Origin: Felis catus
Lineage: Eukaryota
DNA length: 64,000 nt
Direction of reading: 5' to 3'
NCBI RefSeq assembly: GCF_018350175.1
Contig: NC_058368.1
Span: 119,538,001-119,602,000, forward strand
Positions 1 through 13,250 of this stretch are shown piece after piece. The position numbers and the translations under genes are program-made. Below the pieces are notes generated by a model. It ran no database searches. It was not told where the DNA came from and worked only from the letters and a program-made list of their open reading frames with translations. The number at the start of each line of letters is the position of its first letter. The stretch's first letter is position 1.

Positions 1-1559
1 GGATGTCTGGTCTGCCTTAATGACCTGCCTTGAACCTTTACTTCGGCTGCCAGGTAGTTTGCATGTTACAGACATGATTTCTGCCTCTAAATGTAATTGT
101 CAGAATTGCATCAAAATCCAAATGCCATTAAAGAGAATCTCCATTTCTTAGTTGAGTTGTGGAGAAAACAAGGCTGCAAACTGCATTCGCTATCTTCTTC
201 CACGGACCAAGATATCACAACTTCCTAAAACATAGAAACTCATCTTGCAAAAGTATTTTGGTCACTCTTACCACTTCCCTTACCTCTGAGGATGCTCAAA
301 AGCCTGTAACATGCATTCAAATTCCGGGTTTCAACTGTCAATACAAAAAGAACTATACTGAAAGAATGCCATTTGCCTAGGAATGCATCCTTAATTTGAA
401 GCTCTATCTTCCTGAACACCTATCAGGCAGGGTTCCTAAGGTGGCCTGTACTTTAATGCAATGTGGAAATGTGGGGAAATGGACGACAGCTCCCTTCCTT
501 TATCTTTCTACTTCTAGAAGACTTAACTTCACACAGGACAGGCTAATGGAATTTTCCAAAGGGAAGTTATAAAGGGAACTGGTTTACTTCTGGGTTTTAA
601 GCAGTGGCTGTACAGAAAATGTTGAGCTCAGGATTTTTCACATCATCCACAGCCACATCACGATAGTTAATCCTGAAGGATTCAAGATATGCCTGGTTCA
701 TTTCAGACTCCACTGAGTCAACAATAACAGAAAGGTGGTTTTCATTTCAGTAGAGACCAGTTTCCTAGCAACAAAGGCCACAGGAAGTTGAGACCCATTA
801 AGAAAGATAAGGAAACACAATGCTATGATTGCTCTGTGGCACTGAAATTCCTCTTTAGACCTGAACTTCCAATCTGTCTGTTTTACAAATTAATTCATAT
901 ATGTGTATGTGTGTATATATACACATATATACAGAAGCAAGAAAGAAATCCTGGTGCTTTGTCAGAAAGCAGCAGCACTGCAGACTCAATTACAGTTTCC
1001 ATCTCCATTTAAGATTTTGGGAAATACCTGCCAGCATTGAAATATCTTTTTGATAACAGCAGACCTTTTGAGTTGAGAATTTAAAAGATTCTTTGCTCTA
1101 AAAATGAGAATTTTCTAGCATGTCTAATTTTCTCATGAATGGTAAATGAGCAAATAAGATATTTGGGTGTTCAATCTCTAATCTGCATAATAATAAATGC
1201 TCTCAAAACAAAATCATCTATTTTATATTCTTAGTGGAAAACCACTTTACACAAATTTTAGAGGAGATGTAATACTTTGCATGTAGAAAGCCAATATTTA
1301 CCTTCCAGCTTTTATATAGCTGTGAATAATAATTAGTCATTCTCCTTCAGATCTCAGCTTTTTCTCTAAGAGAATTTAGACAAAGATTGGAAAGCACTCA
1401 CTTTTCATGCTCAGGCAGAAAAGATGTGAGCTCTAGGAGAAAGGAGAAAGATGAAGAGGAGGAGGTGATAGAGAGAATGGTCATTGCCTGAGTTTAATTC
1501 AAAGTACTTGTAGAATTGTGGGTGTAAGGAAGAGTAACAGTTTTATAAAATAACTTAGC

Positions 1560-1790
1560 CGTAATGGCAACCAATTACTGGGTGCTTATTGTGTGGGCAT
1601 CTTGGGCTAAGAGCTTTATATCTACCATCTCACTTAATCCTCACATCAACCCATGAAGTACACTCTGTCATGATCCCTTCTTTCTAGCAGATAAAACTGA
1701 TGCTTAAAGGTTAAATAACTTGCCCTAAGTTGCGCAGTTGCTAAGTGGCAGAGTCTAACTGGGGCTCCTGAGCTTATGTTCAGTCTTCCT
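1560..1790 (-). mobile_element. MIR SINE fragment
   Basis: MIR core-like text: catctcacttaatcctcac...gataaaactgatgcttaaaggttaaataacttgccctaag. Confidence 0.75.
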
Positions 1791-2863
1791 AAACGGTTAA
1801 ACAAAATTGTGGGTTGCCATCTGTTAGCACTTGGCTATTCACATTATCTAATTTATCCCTGAAAACAAGAAGCAGAATGTGGACCTAGCCCATCCCACTG
1901 CTGAGTTCCTGTTCTTTATCATGACCCTACTGCCCTCCCATTAGGGTCCTCCTCCCAAAACTAGTTTGCAGGTTTGTTTAGGGTACCCTCGGAGCTCCAA
2001 GGAAGATATTTCATAGACTGTACAAACACCAGCATATTCTCAGCCTCGGTAAAAATTTAAATTGCCTAAATATCCTGTTCACTTTTGTCCATTTTAAATT
2101 TTGAGGTTCAGTTTAGATTTCACTTGGAAAGAAAAAGGACAAACACAAAGCAGGTCACTAAACCACAATACAATGTCTTTCATCCTTCTCCCATGTTGAC
2201 TATGCCTATAAGGCTCTCAATCCTTCAGATGAAGCTGAATGTTTTCGTTCAATTATTATCATTTTTTTAGTTTGTATCCAGATATTTTGGGCATAATTGA
2301 GAATATTTCCTCAAGGGTAGGCTTCCTTTCCTGAATGACTCAACACACTTAAAAAGAAAGCAAACAGAAAGCATACCTTTAAGGAATGATTATACATGGA
2401 AATAGCTGTCAAGTGGGGAATTAAATAATTATGCCAGAACATATGGTCTCCTTGTTACTCCTTTTTGTACTCATGTGCTCTGCACTGACTGGCTCGCACT
2501 GAAGAGATGGGCCAATCTCTCCTCTTTCTGAGTCTTCAGGACCTTATTTTAAAACAGGTATAACATTAACCTTTCAGACACTGTGAAGTTGAATGGGATA
2601 AAATGATGAAATAAATTTGCAAGCCCAAATTTTGCTATGCAATAAATGTATATTTTTTCTTCAAATCAACTTAAATCTTTTCCAAGTCTCTACCTACCAG
2701 ACTGGCGTGAAATTCAAGCACAGCCACTCTAGGGATCTCTCTCCTCTCCTGTCATCATCCTGCAATTGTCAAAGTACCAAAGACTCCTCTAGATATCTGC
2801 CTCTCCTGGGTGCCAAGGAGGTGGGGTGGCTCTGCTCTGTCTTGCCACTCTTGGGGTACAGGC

Positions 2864-3339
2864 TGTCAGAGAAACAAAATATTCCAACACTTGTTAAAAT
2901 GGCAAGGCAGAATTATTCAGGGCTATTGCAATGAGAGTAGAAACTACTGCAATGGGGTTCTATAGTTGAGGAGAAAGCATGGACTGAACTCCAAATATGA
3001 CAAGGAAAAGTGCCATTTACAGCTGAGGAACAGAATGGGGCAGGGAGTCGATGGATGGAAAATTACTAAGACAATAGGGTAATTCTTGCTAAACCGACCT
3101 ACCAAAATTCTTACTGAAGTCCAGCCAGGGTGATTAGATATCACCAGGGGATGATGGAGAATGAGGAGTTGGATCATAACAGATCTCAAAGATGGGGATT
3201 TCCAGCTAAATTGACTTAGCAGGATTCTTGCTATATTTGTACTCTACAAGGACAAAGACAGAAGACCAAGTTTGGCCAAGTCAATCAGAGGGCTAAGAGG
3301 AGCCTTACTAAGGTTTGGTCATGGAGGGAATCTCTATCA
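2864..3339 (-). mobile_element. ERV1-class solo LTR, MER31-like
   Basis: TG...CA ends, about 476 bp; minus-strand start tgatagagattccctccatgaccaaaccttagtaaggctcctc resembles the recalled MER31 5' end. Confidence 0.7.
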
Positions 3340-4074
3340 AGATTACTACAGAGAATAGGATCTTGTGCCTGGAGTCCACCATTCTTTGTATATCTGGAGT
3401 CAAGCCACCTTCAGAAGCCACCTACAAAGAAGGAACTACAATGCTAGACAGCGACCTAGACATCTCCCTGCTCTGGAGAGGTGGGTGAATGTGGAGGACA
3501 GCTCATGCCATTTTGAAGGAGTTGAGATGTTTATAAGCACCAGGAAGAGCTGTTCCTGCTTCTGGCCCTGCCATAAACCTCCCATGAGTGAAGAGAACAC
3601 AAACCTGACTACCTGCCAAAAATGGGGCAGGAGGGGGAAGGGGGGGGGCAGTGGTAAACTTAAAGACAACAAAACTCAAATTAGTACCTCAATAAAATCC
3701 CCCACCTTGTGTGTACAGTATCTAGTTCCAGACCTATCACACCAGTAGGAACTCAAGAAGGAACCCTTATTTTTATTCCACTATGGGTAGTCAATCTCCC
3801 TGGTCACTGATTTTCAAACTTATGTTGTGTTTTGATTAGCAGAACAGTCTCTCATCTCGGGAAAGCTTATAGAGAAGTCCCATTTGTTGAAAAAGAAAGA
3901 ACAAAAGGCCAGAGTTGGTGCCCTGGTGGTCCACCTCCTCACAAGAAACCCTAGAGCTCCACAACCCTAGAGGGCACATTTGGAAAGCTGGTGCCCTTAC
4001 TCAAGGGCTGTTGCATTTCTACAGTACTTACTATGTTTTAGAATACCAAGAAAAAAATGCTTAATAAGTTTGCT

Positions 4075-4258
4075 ATCATATTTCACTGGATTTAAAGATG
4101 TATCAATTATTATATACACCATTATTTTGGGAATCACCGGCCAGTAAAAAAATGCAGTTGAATAAACTATGACATGCCATTGCTTAAAAAATACATCTGT
4201 CTCTCAGATCTGTTAAAATGTGAAAAGAATGGGAATTAGAATTGACAAGATTTAGCAG
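4075..4258. mobile_element. Old TcMar-Tc2-type MITE (MER104/Kanga-like)
   Basis: catatttcactggatttaaagatg...aaaatgtgaaaag...ttagaattgacaagattt resembles degraded Tc2 termini. Confidence 0.4.
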
Positions 4259-5152
4259 TGAGATGACTTTTTAAGCAGCAAAGAAAAGTGCAATCCAAAG
4301 CAAGCAAGGTACTTAAGGGATATTGTTTGAATTTTTCTGTTTCAATTGACAATTGTCTCCATTCTCTGATGACAAAATGACACCTTTTTTTTCCTAAATA
4401 TAACTATTTAAAAGAGGGATAAAGAGTGAAATGAAGAATATGCATGACTGCAAAAAGTCTGAAAAATTAATTTGGTATTGTAGATGGTTCATTTAAAAAT
4501 GCTAACTCCAAACAATTCAAGATAAGATAAAAACAATGGGATTATTTTACCAAATTATTCATAATTTATCTAGTAATATTCAAATAACTAGAGAACTTGT
4601 CAAATGCAACTCTAGAAAACTAGTTATACATTATTTATTTAATACCTTTGGGAACCTGTGTACATTTGAGGAGCAAAATAATTTGTTATTTTGAGAATAG
4701 ATATTATAAAAGCCTCCTTTTTTTAAAGTAATTTTGAAAACTGAAACATTGCTTTATATCCATTATATGCTCCATTAAACACCGTCATAAAATAATAGAA
4801 TTAGTTGTGATTATGTTTTTATTTTACCACGCTGCTTTACATTATGCTTAATCCCTATGACTCTAACACATAATAATTTTTCTCTATAGAATCAGATTTA
4901 GGGACTGTGAAAATAGCACAAGGAGAGGAACAAATGTTAGGGCCAACTGCTTCTCCATGAGTATCTACTACATCCATCATTTTCTATTAAATGACTCAGG
5001 GCAGAGGGCATCCTGTTGAAGAATGGGGCTTTGTTGGAACAGTGGAGGGAACAGAGGTAGAGGCAGTGAAAAATGCAGACAGCTCATAATTCTGGTCAAC
5101 CCACTATCTAGAGCACCACAAGCCCTGGTGGAAATAAATAAGGTCCTGGCAA

Positions 5153-5621
5153 TGTGTACATAAATTAAAGCAACCCAAATTAGAACAAGCAAAGCCTATT
5201 TATTCAGAACTTGCTATGTCAAGGGAGGCAGCCACCACCACTGATGGTATTTGACAGACTCAAAAGCAGGCAGAGAAGTGGAAAAGCCTATAATGGAAAA
5301 ATGGAAAGCTTCAGGTATGCCTTCATTGGAGCTACTGGCATAGAGAAGCTGGAGGCAGACTAACTACAAGTGGGGCATCCTGTTGTTTAGGGGAACATAT
5401 TTGACTCTCTCTGGTTGGTCCTACATTGAAAACAGACAAAAATTAGGGAAGCTATCAGTTATTGGCCAAATCTGGATCCTTTAGGGCTCATTGCTACGGG
5501 GGTTGTTATGTGGCTTCTCGAACTGGTTGCTGCAGGTTAGTATTGGTTACTACAGATTATGGGCCAGAGTTCTATTTTTGTAGAACTCTGGCCATGGTTC
5601 ATTTTTAGACTGAGTCTCTCA
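5153..5621 (-). mobile_element. Probable ERV solo LTR, family not assigned
   Basis: TG...CA ends, about 470 bp; minus-strand AATAAA near its 3' end (tttatt near 5198); possible 4-bp TSD gcaa/gcag. Confidence 0.5.
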
Positions 5622-5871
5622 GCAGGTAGACTGAGAGCTCAAAAGACAAAATTGTTCTGGCCACAACTTGAATTTTTAACACTTTAAAACAAATTCAAAT
5701 TATGTGTAGGTAGAAACAAGACAGAAAAAGAAAATGAAAAGACTCCATTCCATAATAGTAGTCCCTAGATATCATCTCTGCTAATAGAGCAGGTGGACTA
5801 GACTATTACTTTCATAAACAGAATATCCACTTGTATTAACATGGCATGAGGCAAATGGAGAAAAATGTTTC

Positions 5872-6370
5872 AGTATCAGCCAATGTCCTTGGTTATTAGC
5901 AGCAGAAGCAGACACCGACAGAATGGGTGTTTAATGAAAGGGTGTTCATTGGGTGCCGCACAAAATCACTGAAAGGCCTGGAGTATTGGATTTGAGCTAA
6001 GCTTCTAGAAACAATTCCCAAGCCATGCAGCAGAGCAGATCTGTCAAGATAGCTACTAGCACAGCTCTTGAGCCTTAGATGCTAGAGTCTCCATCACTTC
6101 TGTATCTGGCACTAACTTAGCCCACCTGCTTCTCCTAGCAGCACCAATGCTCTCTGGGCCAGGTGCTGGATTTTGCAGTCTCAGCCACGATCCTGCCAGA
6201 AATAAAATGGATACTGCATGGTGTCTGCCTCTTCACCATTGCTGCTTCTGATTCAAAGCCCTGCATGGGTCTATCTGACTGGAGGAGTCTCTGTCAGATG
6301 TGCCATAATGGAATGAGGAAAGGAGAGTTTTCTACTTGGGAGAGGCAGGATTAGTAAAGCAGGAATTTCC
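5872..6370 (-). mobile_element. Old MaLR LTR (MLT1J/K/L-like)
   Basis: gtatcagccaatgtccttggttattagcagcagaagcagac... resembles the reverse of an MLT1 3' end. Confidence 0.55.
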
Positions 6371-7109
6371 ACAAATAGAGAATATGGGTGTTCAAAGAGC
6401 ACTGAGGAGTCACAAAAACATGATAAATGCCCACTACAGAGCAGGACCCAACACTCTGACCTTCTACCTACACTATAGGTTCCTAAGGGCTGGCAAAGGA
6501 ATTGTGCAGGTCCTTTTGAGACTCTTTGATGCTTAAAGATGTCATCTGGACATTTAAAAAGAAACATGTAACTATTACTCTGTAAGAGGCTTTGTCTGAA
6601 GCCAGAGATTATCTCATGAGATGGGGAATAGATGCAAAAGCTTTGATGCCCTTCTTTCTCTATTTCAGATTGACTTTCTCTGGGTTCAAGGACAACAGAA
6701 GTGCATCAGATTTCAGAAACTTAAGACTCCATTACAAATTTTGCTTTATGTCATATACTGTACATTCTGATTTTCTTACCTTTCTCCTCTTAAAACATAT
6801 TTTCCACACTGAATTTTATATTCTGCTATATTATCTGTATTTCTCTTCTTGTTATTTTAAATATATTTTTTTGGAAAAAATGAGTTGCTATGGAATAAAC
6901 AAACAAATAAATATGTAATTTGATTTAGCTCAAATCTCCCTTTCTCACATATGACTTGAGACTTTGTGCATACTATCAACATGAAGAAGTTTCTGGTATC
7001 TTAGTTGTACCAGCAAACTTAAAGATGATCTGATCATTCTCATGCCGACAGGGTGACATGTTTATTAAACTCTTAACTTTAATTTTCTTCAGTTGGGTAG
7101 GTAATGACA

Positions 7110-7300
7110 CTAACTACCAATTATGGAACTCATAACATGCCACTCACTGTGCTAAGTGCTTTATGGTGGTTATCTTGGTTAGTCTTTATAGCAATCCTAG
7201 GAGGTAGGTACCATTATTATGCCTACTTTGTTGATGAGGACACCAAGACTCATGGAGGTGTAGTGACTTGTACATAGTTTCATATTAAGTGGCAGATTTT
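7110..7300 (-). mobile_element. MIR SINE fragment
   Basis: cactgtgctaagtgcttta...gcaatcctaggaggtaggtaccattattatgcctactttgttgatgaggacac. Confidence 0.75.
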
Positions 7301-8400
7301 CATAACTTACAGTCACAGCAGAACACCATGATGAAATGGCCAATGTAAGAAGGAGGAAGAGGAAGAATCAGGGCCTGTGGCCTTCTCTATGGTCTGCAAT
7401 GCACAATCTTCTGTTGTTCTTTGTGGTCATAATACCACTTCAGGCAATAAAGGGATATCCTTTGATGCTGCAAAGGGAATTTGAAAGGAAATTCTCATGC
7501 TCATCCAGACGACAGCCTAAAACTATCCCAGACACAAGTGGGATGACCACACACCATGCCTGTCCCCATGTAGGTGAGGAGCCTAGACAATATCAAGGCT
7601 AAGTCAGCAACTCTTGGCCATCTACCTGACAACCTCAACCTCAAGCTCTCACATGGCTATGCATTCCAAGCAATTCTTTTCTTTTCCATACTGTGGAAAT
7701 TCAAGGAATCTCAAGGATCATCTAGGCTCCTTAATTTGAAAAATCACTTAACTCATTTTTAGAATACTCAATACTCTACTTTTCTTCTGGCTATGACAGT
7801 GCAGCTTCTATCTTGCCTGATTCAATTTGTGTGTGTGTGCTTATGTGAGTTTAAGTCTCTTGGAATTTCATCTGTGGGAAATTTTTAAGACCAAGGTTGA
7901 AGATGAGTTTCTCTAGAAATGATTTCCATTTGCTTCTTCCAGACACTTGGATATTCTTCCTATCTACAACCACTTTAAACAAACTTCTTGACTTGAGGTT
8001 TTTAGGGGATACAAAGCCCCAAATGTATTTGTGAACAGGGTTAATATTATGAATCCTCAAGAGAGGCCATTAACCATTCCCTCTCCCCAAGCCAAAGCCA
8101 AGACTATCTTGGTTTGTGGGGTTTTATCTTTTCTAGATTATCCAGGAAAGTGAACACTTTTGAGGAGTCCCTGTTTTATGAGAAGGACTTCCCATCTTGT
8201 TCAAGCTCTAGGTTTTGCCTCCTGTCTCCTATGCAAAGCCAACTAAAACTGAAGATCTAGGCACTAGAGATTCCTGGATACTCTCTCCACTAATGTTATC
8301 TTTCCATCAACTTGGTTACTTGTCTGGAATTGAGTTTTTCATCAATTTGGCTTTTTCTGACTTTCTAGTGAGCCAGCTATGCATTTTAAAAATGTTTTTG

Positions 8401-8571
8401 GGGGCACCTGGGTGGCTTAGTCAGTTAAGTGTCCAACTTGGGCTCAGGTCATGATCTCAAGGTTCGTGAGTTAAAGCATCACGTCAGGCTGTGTGCTGAC
8501 AGCTCAGATCCTGGAGCCTGCTTCAGATTCTGTCTCTGTCTCTGTCTCTCTCTCTCAAAAATAAACATTAA
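8401..8571 (+). mobile_element. CAN-SINE (SINEC_Fc-like)
   Basis: ggggcacctgggtggcttagtcagttaag tRNA-like head, tgtgctgacagctcag body, (CT)n, aaaaataaacattaa. Confidence 0.95.
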
Positions 8572-8595
8572 CACCCAGACACACAGACACACACA

Positions 8596-8679
<84 letters not shown>
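8571..8679. repeat. Compound (CA)n/(CAGA) microsatellite
   Basis: About 108 bp interrupted CA run directly after the SINE tail. Confidence 0.97.
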
Positions 8680-8680
<1 letters not shown>

Positions 8681-8787
8681 TTTTTTTTTCACCTTTCGTT
8701 CGGCATTTTTATGATTTCAACCTGGAGGTTTTTTTTGAAGAAAATCTAGTTTGCCACAACATAGGAAACATTAATATCACTAGGCTA

Positions 8788-9299
8788 TGTTTTAAAATGT
8801 AGGTTTTATTACTGCCATTGAAAAGACAGTTTGTTCCACTCACTGGTCGCAGGAGGTGGGGGCACACCATGCCTGGGGAACGGTGGGATTGGGGGTGGGA
8901 AGCACCAGACATGATCAGGAGGCAGAGGGAGAGTTCTGTGGCAAGAGCCTTTGTGGTTTCTTCAGAAAGAAAATAGGACAGAGTAAGCAAGCTTAAGACA
9001 GGCTAGTTTGAATAATTCAGCAGGCTCTGGGGTGTAGGAGTTGTTTCTAGTTATCTGGCCCTGGGATGATTAAGGCAGGGGAATAGCAGCCTAGAGTGGA
9101 AGAGCTCAATAAAGTTGGTGGTTGGGAGTATGGATTCCAGATTGGAAGGTTTGCATATGAAAGGCACACTCACAGGCAAGTGATTTGCTATCTCTGGGAA
9201 TCCCCTTGCCCTGGAAGAGCCTATCCTTCCCTCTAGAGTTAGCAAGGCTCCAAGATGATAAAGCATCAAAAACACAGAGTAAAAAGACATGATGAATAA
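8788..9299 (-). mobile_element. ERVL solo LTR, MER74-like
   Basis: Reverse strand contains cctttcatatgcaaacc, ttattcaaactagcc and the end aataaaacctacattttaaaaca typical of MER74; 5-bp TSD ggcta/gacta. Confidence 0.8.
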
Positions 9300-9402
9300 G
9301 ACTAATACAAATATAGTGGTATATAAGGTGTCATGTGTTTTTTAAAGAATAGTTATCTAAATTCATTTTCATTTCACCTTCTGGATGGAAAGCTACATGA
9401 GG

Positions 9403-9404
<2 letters not shown>

Positions 9405-9446
<42 letters not shown>
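9405..9446. repeat. (GT)21 microsatellite
   Basis: Perfect dinucleotide run. Confidence 0.97.
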
Positions 9447-9448
<2 letters not shown>

Positions 9449-10977
9449 CACAAGCCCTGAGAAACTGAGATTCATTGATGGTCATTTCAATCTATCAAAC
9501 ATTATTTGAATGTAGATTCTACCTCCACTGGAATCATAAGCCATGACTTTAAGAAACCATTAGCACTGGGACTATAAAACATTTATGAATCAGATTCACA
9601 GCATAGTTTCTAATACTATCTTAGTTGATTGTTTTCTTAGATGTCCATTTTTTTCCATTCTCTCCTGTTCCCTCTCACCATTCTTAAAAGACACTTAAAT
9701 TTAAAACAAAAAATTAAATCATAGGTAAGATGTGTAATAACACACAGTCTTTGCTGGGATTTATCCATAGGTATAGATGATTGTGACTTCAAAGGATTCA
9801 TGTAGAAGAGCAAAGCAACTTCCTCCTTGGTTTTCTACTTCAATCAAATGACAACTGCTTTTGATTATGAAGTTGAGTAAGTTACCTAATATATTCCAGT
9901 CACATGTCAAATTTCCCTTCAATTCCATCTCTCCCCAGCAATGTTTTAGAAAAGCATTCTTGGAAGGCATGTTTCTTCTCATCTCTAGACTTGATCCATG
10001 CTGAGGATAAAAGCAGTCTGTCCTACAGTTCCATGAGTTTTGCAAGGCACTGTGCCAAATTCTCTCTCAACACTCAAGCTAATCATTATCCAAATTTACA
10101 TGTGGTCTAAGTGTGGGTCCTATTTGAGGAAGGCTTCTACAAAAAGAATGGAGACAATGTTTGTGAATCAACACATAAAGGCATCCCTTTAGAAATGACA
10201 AACCAGGACCACCATTCCCATGTTTGCCTGAAGACTCATGCCAGTGGGATAGGATTCAGCACAAAATCCAGGAATGCCAATGCAGTTGAAGTATTCTCTT
10301 TCCCAGCAGTGACTCATTGCCTCTTTGAAGTTACAAACATTAATGTGGGTAAGGGTGGCATTGGACTTCACGTATGTGATAAGTTGTTGGCACTTGAGGC
10401 TGTAAATCGTCCGTACCTGAAGCCAGCAATCAGCCCATTTTCCATCTGCAAATGAACATTTCCCAAAGCAGAGAACATCTTAATAATCCTCTATTCTTTA
10501 GGAATACAGGCTCTCCCTGTTTCTTTGTTTAAGGCAACACAGAGCAATGAGTGTTTGGACTGACTCTATCTGCTCTCTGATAGTTTTATTACATGCACCC
10601 TGTGACAGAGGGAAGCCTTCAGCCAAATGACCTCATAGACCAGATATTCAGGGAAGGCTATTCAGACAGTTGAAACATCTGAACAAAAGCCAAGGAATAT
10701 TTTCTCATTTTCCCCTTCCAGTAATGACCTGAATGAATATGTTACAAGATGCCATGGAAAATGAAAGTAGTCAAATGACTTTCTTTTGGTGTATTTAGTA
10801 TTTAGGGGAGAAGGGAAGTCAACAGTAAGTGGGAGAAAGGATAGCTTGAAGTAAGTGATAAGTTTAGGGACTCCCAAAGTCTTCCAAAAACAGTTTTCAG
10901 ATCTTTAGAAAGTTGTCATATTTGTGTTTATGTGCTCCATGCTAGGTTTGCTTTTTTAAAAAAATCTCCTGATGACA

Positions 10978-11172
10978 GGGGCACCTGGGTGGCTCAGTCA
11001 GTTAAGCCTCAGACTCGATTTCAGCCAGGTCATGATCTTGAAGTTGGTGAGTTCCAGCCCCACATCAGGCTCTGCACTAACTTCACAGAGCCTGCTCGGG
11101 ATTCTGTCTGTCTCTGTCTCTCTCTCTGCCTCTCCCCCACTTGGTCTCTCTATATATAAACTTAAAAAAAAA
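10978..11172 (+). mobile_element. CAN-SINE
   Basis: ggggcacctgggtggctcagtcagttaag head; A tail; TSD-like aaaatc(t/c)cctga. Confidence 0.95.
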
Positions 11173-11424
11173 TCCCCTGACATAAATGTTATAGATTTTT
11201 AACAGTAAACAGTCTCCAAGCTCTTTTTTATTGTACCCCTCCATTATTAAAAACTATTGACCATCCACCTTCAATATATAGACCTAATTAAGAATTTTCT
11301 GAATAAACTATTAATAAATTGCTTTTATTTTAAATTATTAAAATTTAATATATTCAAAAGATACTCAGAATTTAAAAATCTTCCTATTTGTGATGGTTTT
11401 GAACTTTTATTAACCAACTCCTTA

Positions 11425-11649
11425 TTTTTTTTTTAATTTTTTTTCAACGTTTTTATTTATTTTTGGGACAGAGAGAGACAGAGCATGAACGGGGGAGGGG
11501 CAGAGAGAGAGGGAGACACAGAATCAGAAACAGGCTCCAGGCTCTGAGCCATCAGCCCAGAGCCTGATGCGGGGCTCGAACTCACGGACCGCGAGATCGT
11601 GACCTGGCTGAACTCGGACGCTTAACCGACTGCGCCACCCAGGCGCCCC
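11425..11649 (-). mobile_element. Young SINEC_Fc SINE
   Basis: CpG-rich; diagnostic ttcaacg...gggacagagagagacagagcatgaacggggg and cacggaccgcgagatcgtgacctggctgaa; TSD accaactcctta/accagctcctta. Confidence 0.97.
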
Positions 11650-11741
11650 GTACCAGCTCCTTAAAGTAGAAACAAGTCAAATGACAGTAAAGCATGTTGG
11701 TGCTCATTCTGTAATATTATAAAAGCATAGATATTCACTTC

Positions 11742-11961
11742 TTTTTTCAAATTTTTAAAAATGTTTTATTTATTTTTGAGACAGAGACAGACAGAGCATG
11801 AGCAGGGGAGGGGCAGAGAGAGAGGGAGACGGGAATCCAAAGCAGACTCCAGGCTCTGAGCCGTCAGCACAGAACATACACGGGGCTCGAACTCACAAAC
11901 CGCAAGATCATGACCTGAGCCGAAGTCGGACGCTTAACCGACTGAGCCACCCAGGCACCCC
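11742..11961 (-). mobile_element. CAN-SINE (SINEC_Fc-like)
   Basis: T-rich tail, (GA)n, ends in ...ttaaccgactgagccacccaggcacccc. Confidence 0.96.
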
Positions 11962-13250
11962 AAACTTAGGTATTTTCTTAATTCATAAGTTTAAAATTCA
12001 TAATCTAAAAGGCTGGTAAAGCTAAATATTCACCATACTGCAGACATACAAAAATGTAAATTTACTAAAAAGGGACAAGTTAAAGCAAATTTATAAAAAG
12101 TTAAAAAACATATACTGTTCAAACATATTTACAGATAAAATGAAGCATTACTGAAAAATAACCCAAATATTAAATATAAACTAATACAACATAATTAAAA
12201 TTGAAAGTGGAATATATGTGATTTTTTAGAATGCAATCCAAAGTGTGATAAATTAGCACAAATTTGTTTCTGTTTCTGGAAAAGTTTTATGTCTCTACTT
12301 AAAGAATGGTAAAGAGAGAGAGATAAGCTAACTCCAAATATTTTCCTTTGAGTCCTAACTCTTCAAATATTTCCTCCGTTTATTATTTTGAGGACATAGT
12401 AAACTTTTTTTCAAGAAATATAATTTTTTAAATGATGGTAAACTATACTGATTTTAAAGAAAGCATTTCTGATTCATCTTGGTCTGGTTTCATCACATAT
12501 ACACTGAGATTCCAAGACAGATTAAGTTACCTTTATCAGTGTTAGTATTGCCAATTCATTTTCTGCTTATCCAGAAAGTCTCTGAACCCAAACAAAAATT
12601 ATTCTTTCAATAGAAACTTTGCCAATTATGACTTTACTCTTTCTCTTGAAGGTTTTGAAGATATTGAAGAACACTTTCTAAGCAGCTGCTTCTGTTTGAT
12701 TTGAAATTTTAAAGCAGTTATAACTCTCCAGGAACATCTTAAGACAGAAATAATACAGATTTTAGCTTTTTAATATAAATATAATTATATTGGACCCCTC
12801 AAACCACACCCCCCAAAAATAACAGTGTTTCAATACTTGAAAAAACAGTGCATACCAGAATATCAGGATACCAAAAACTGTGTGATGATACACTTAAGGA
12901 AAAGTTCACCAACAATGTTGGTGAAACATGTATCTACATATAGTGGCTTTATCAATAGCACTCAGTCATCAGTGGCTGTGTCTATAAGAGGACTCAGATC
13001 AAGAATAGAAATTCAGAGATGTAGATTTCTCATTTTTGTTTACATTTTTCGTATTATCTTTAATTCAGGGATTCTTTACATCCGGAATCTTTCTGAGCCA
13101 GTATTCAATTTTGTGAGGAATAATTTAAAGCCAGATCATACCATCTCACTAAATCTTCACTAAAGGTATCTTCACTCTACCTCCACTCTACCTTCATTAT
13201 TAATCTTCACTAAACTAAACTGTCAAAACTTAAAGCCAATGCATTTAGGG

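Noticed and set aside
6669..6920. Acceptor-like ctttctctatttcag followed by two AATAAA (possible lncRNA last exon)
   Set aside because: No other support; the A-rich end may be an old LINE tail.
10417..10445. Possible 29-nt minus-strand micro-exon (ttcatttgcag|ATGGAAAATGGGCTGATTGCTGGCTTCAG|gtacgg)
   Set aside because: Splice signals are plausible, but there is no partner exon or recognisable peptide and the length is not a multiple of 3; expected by chance in 64 kb.
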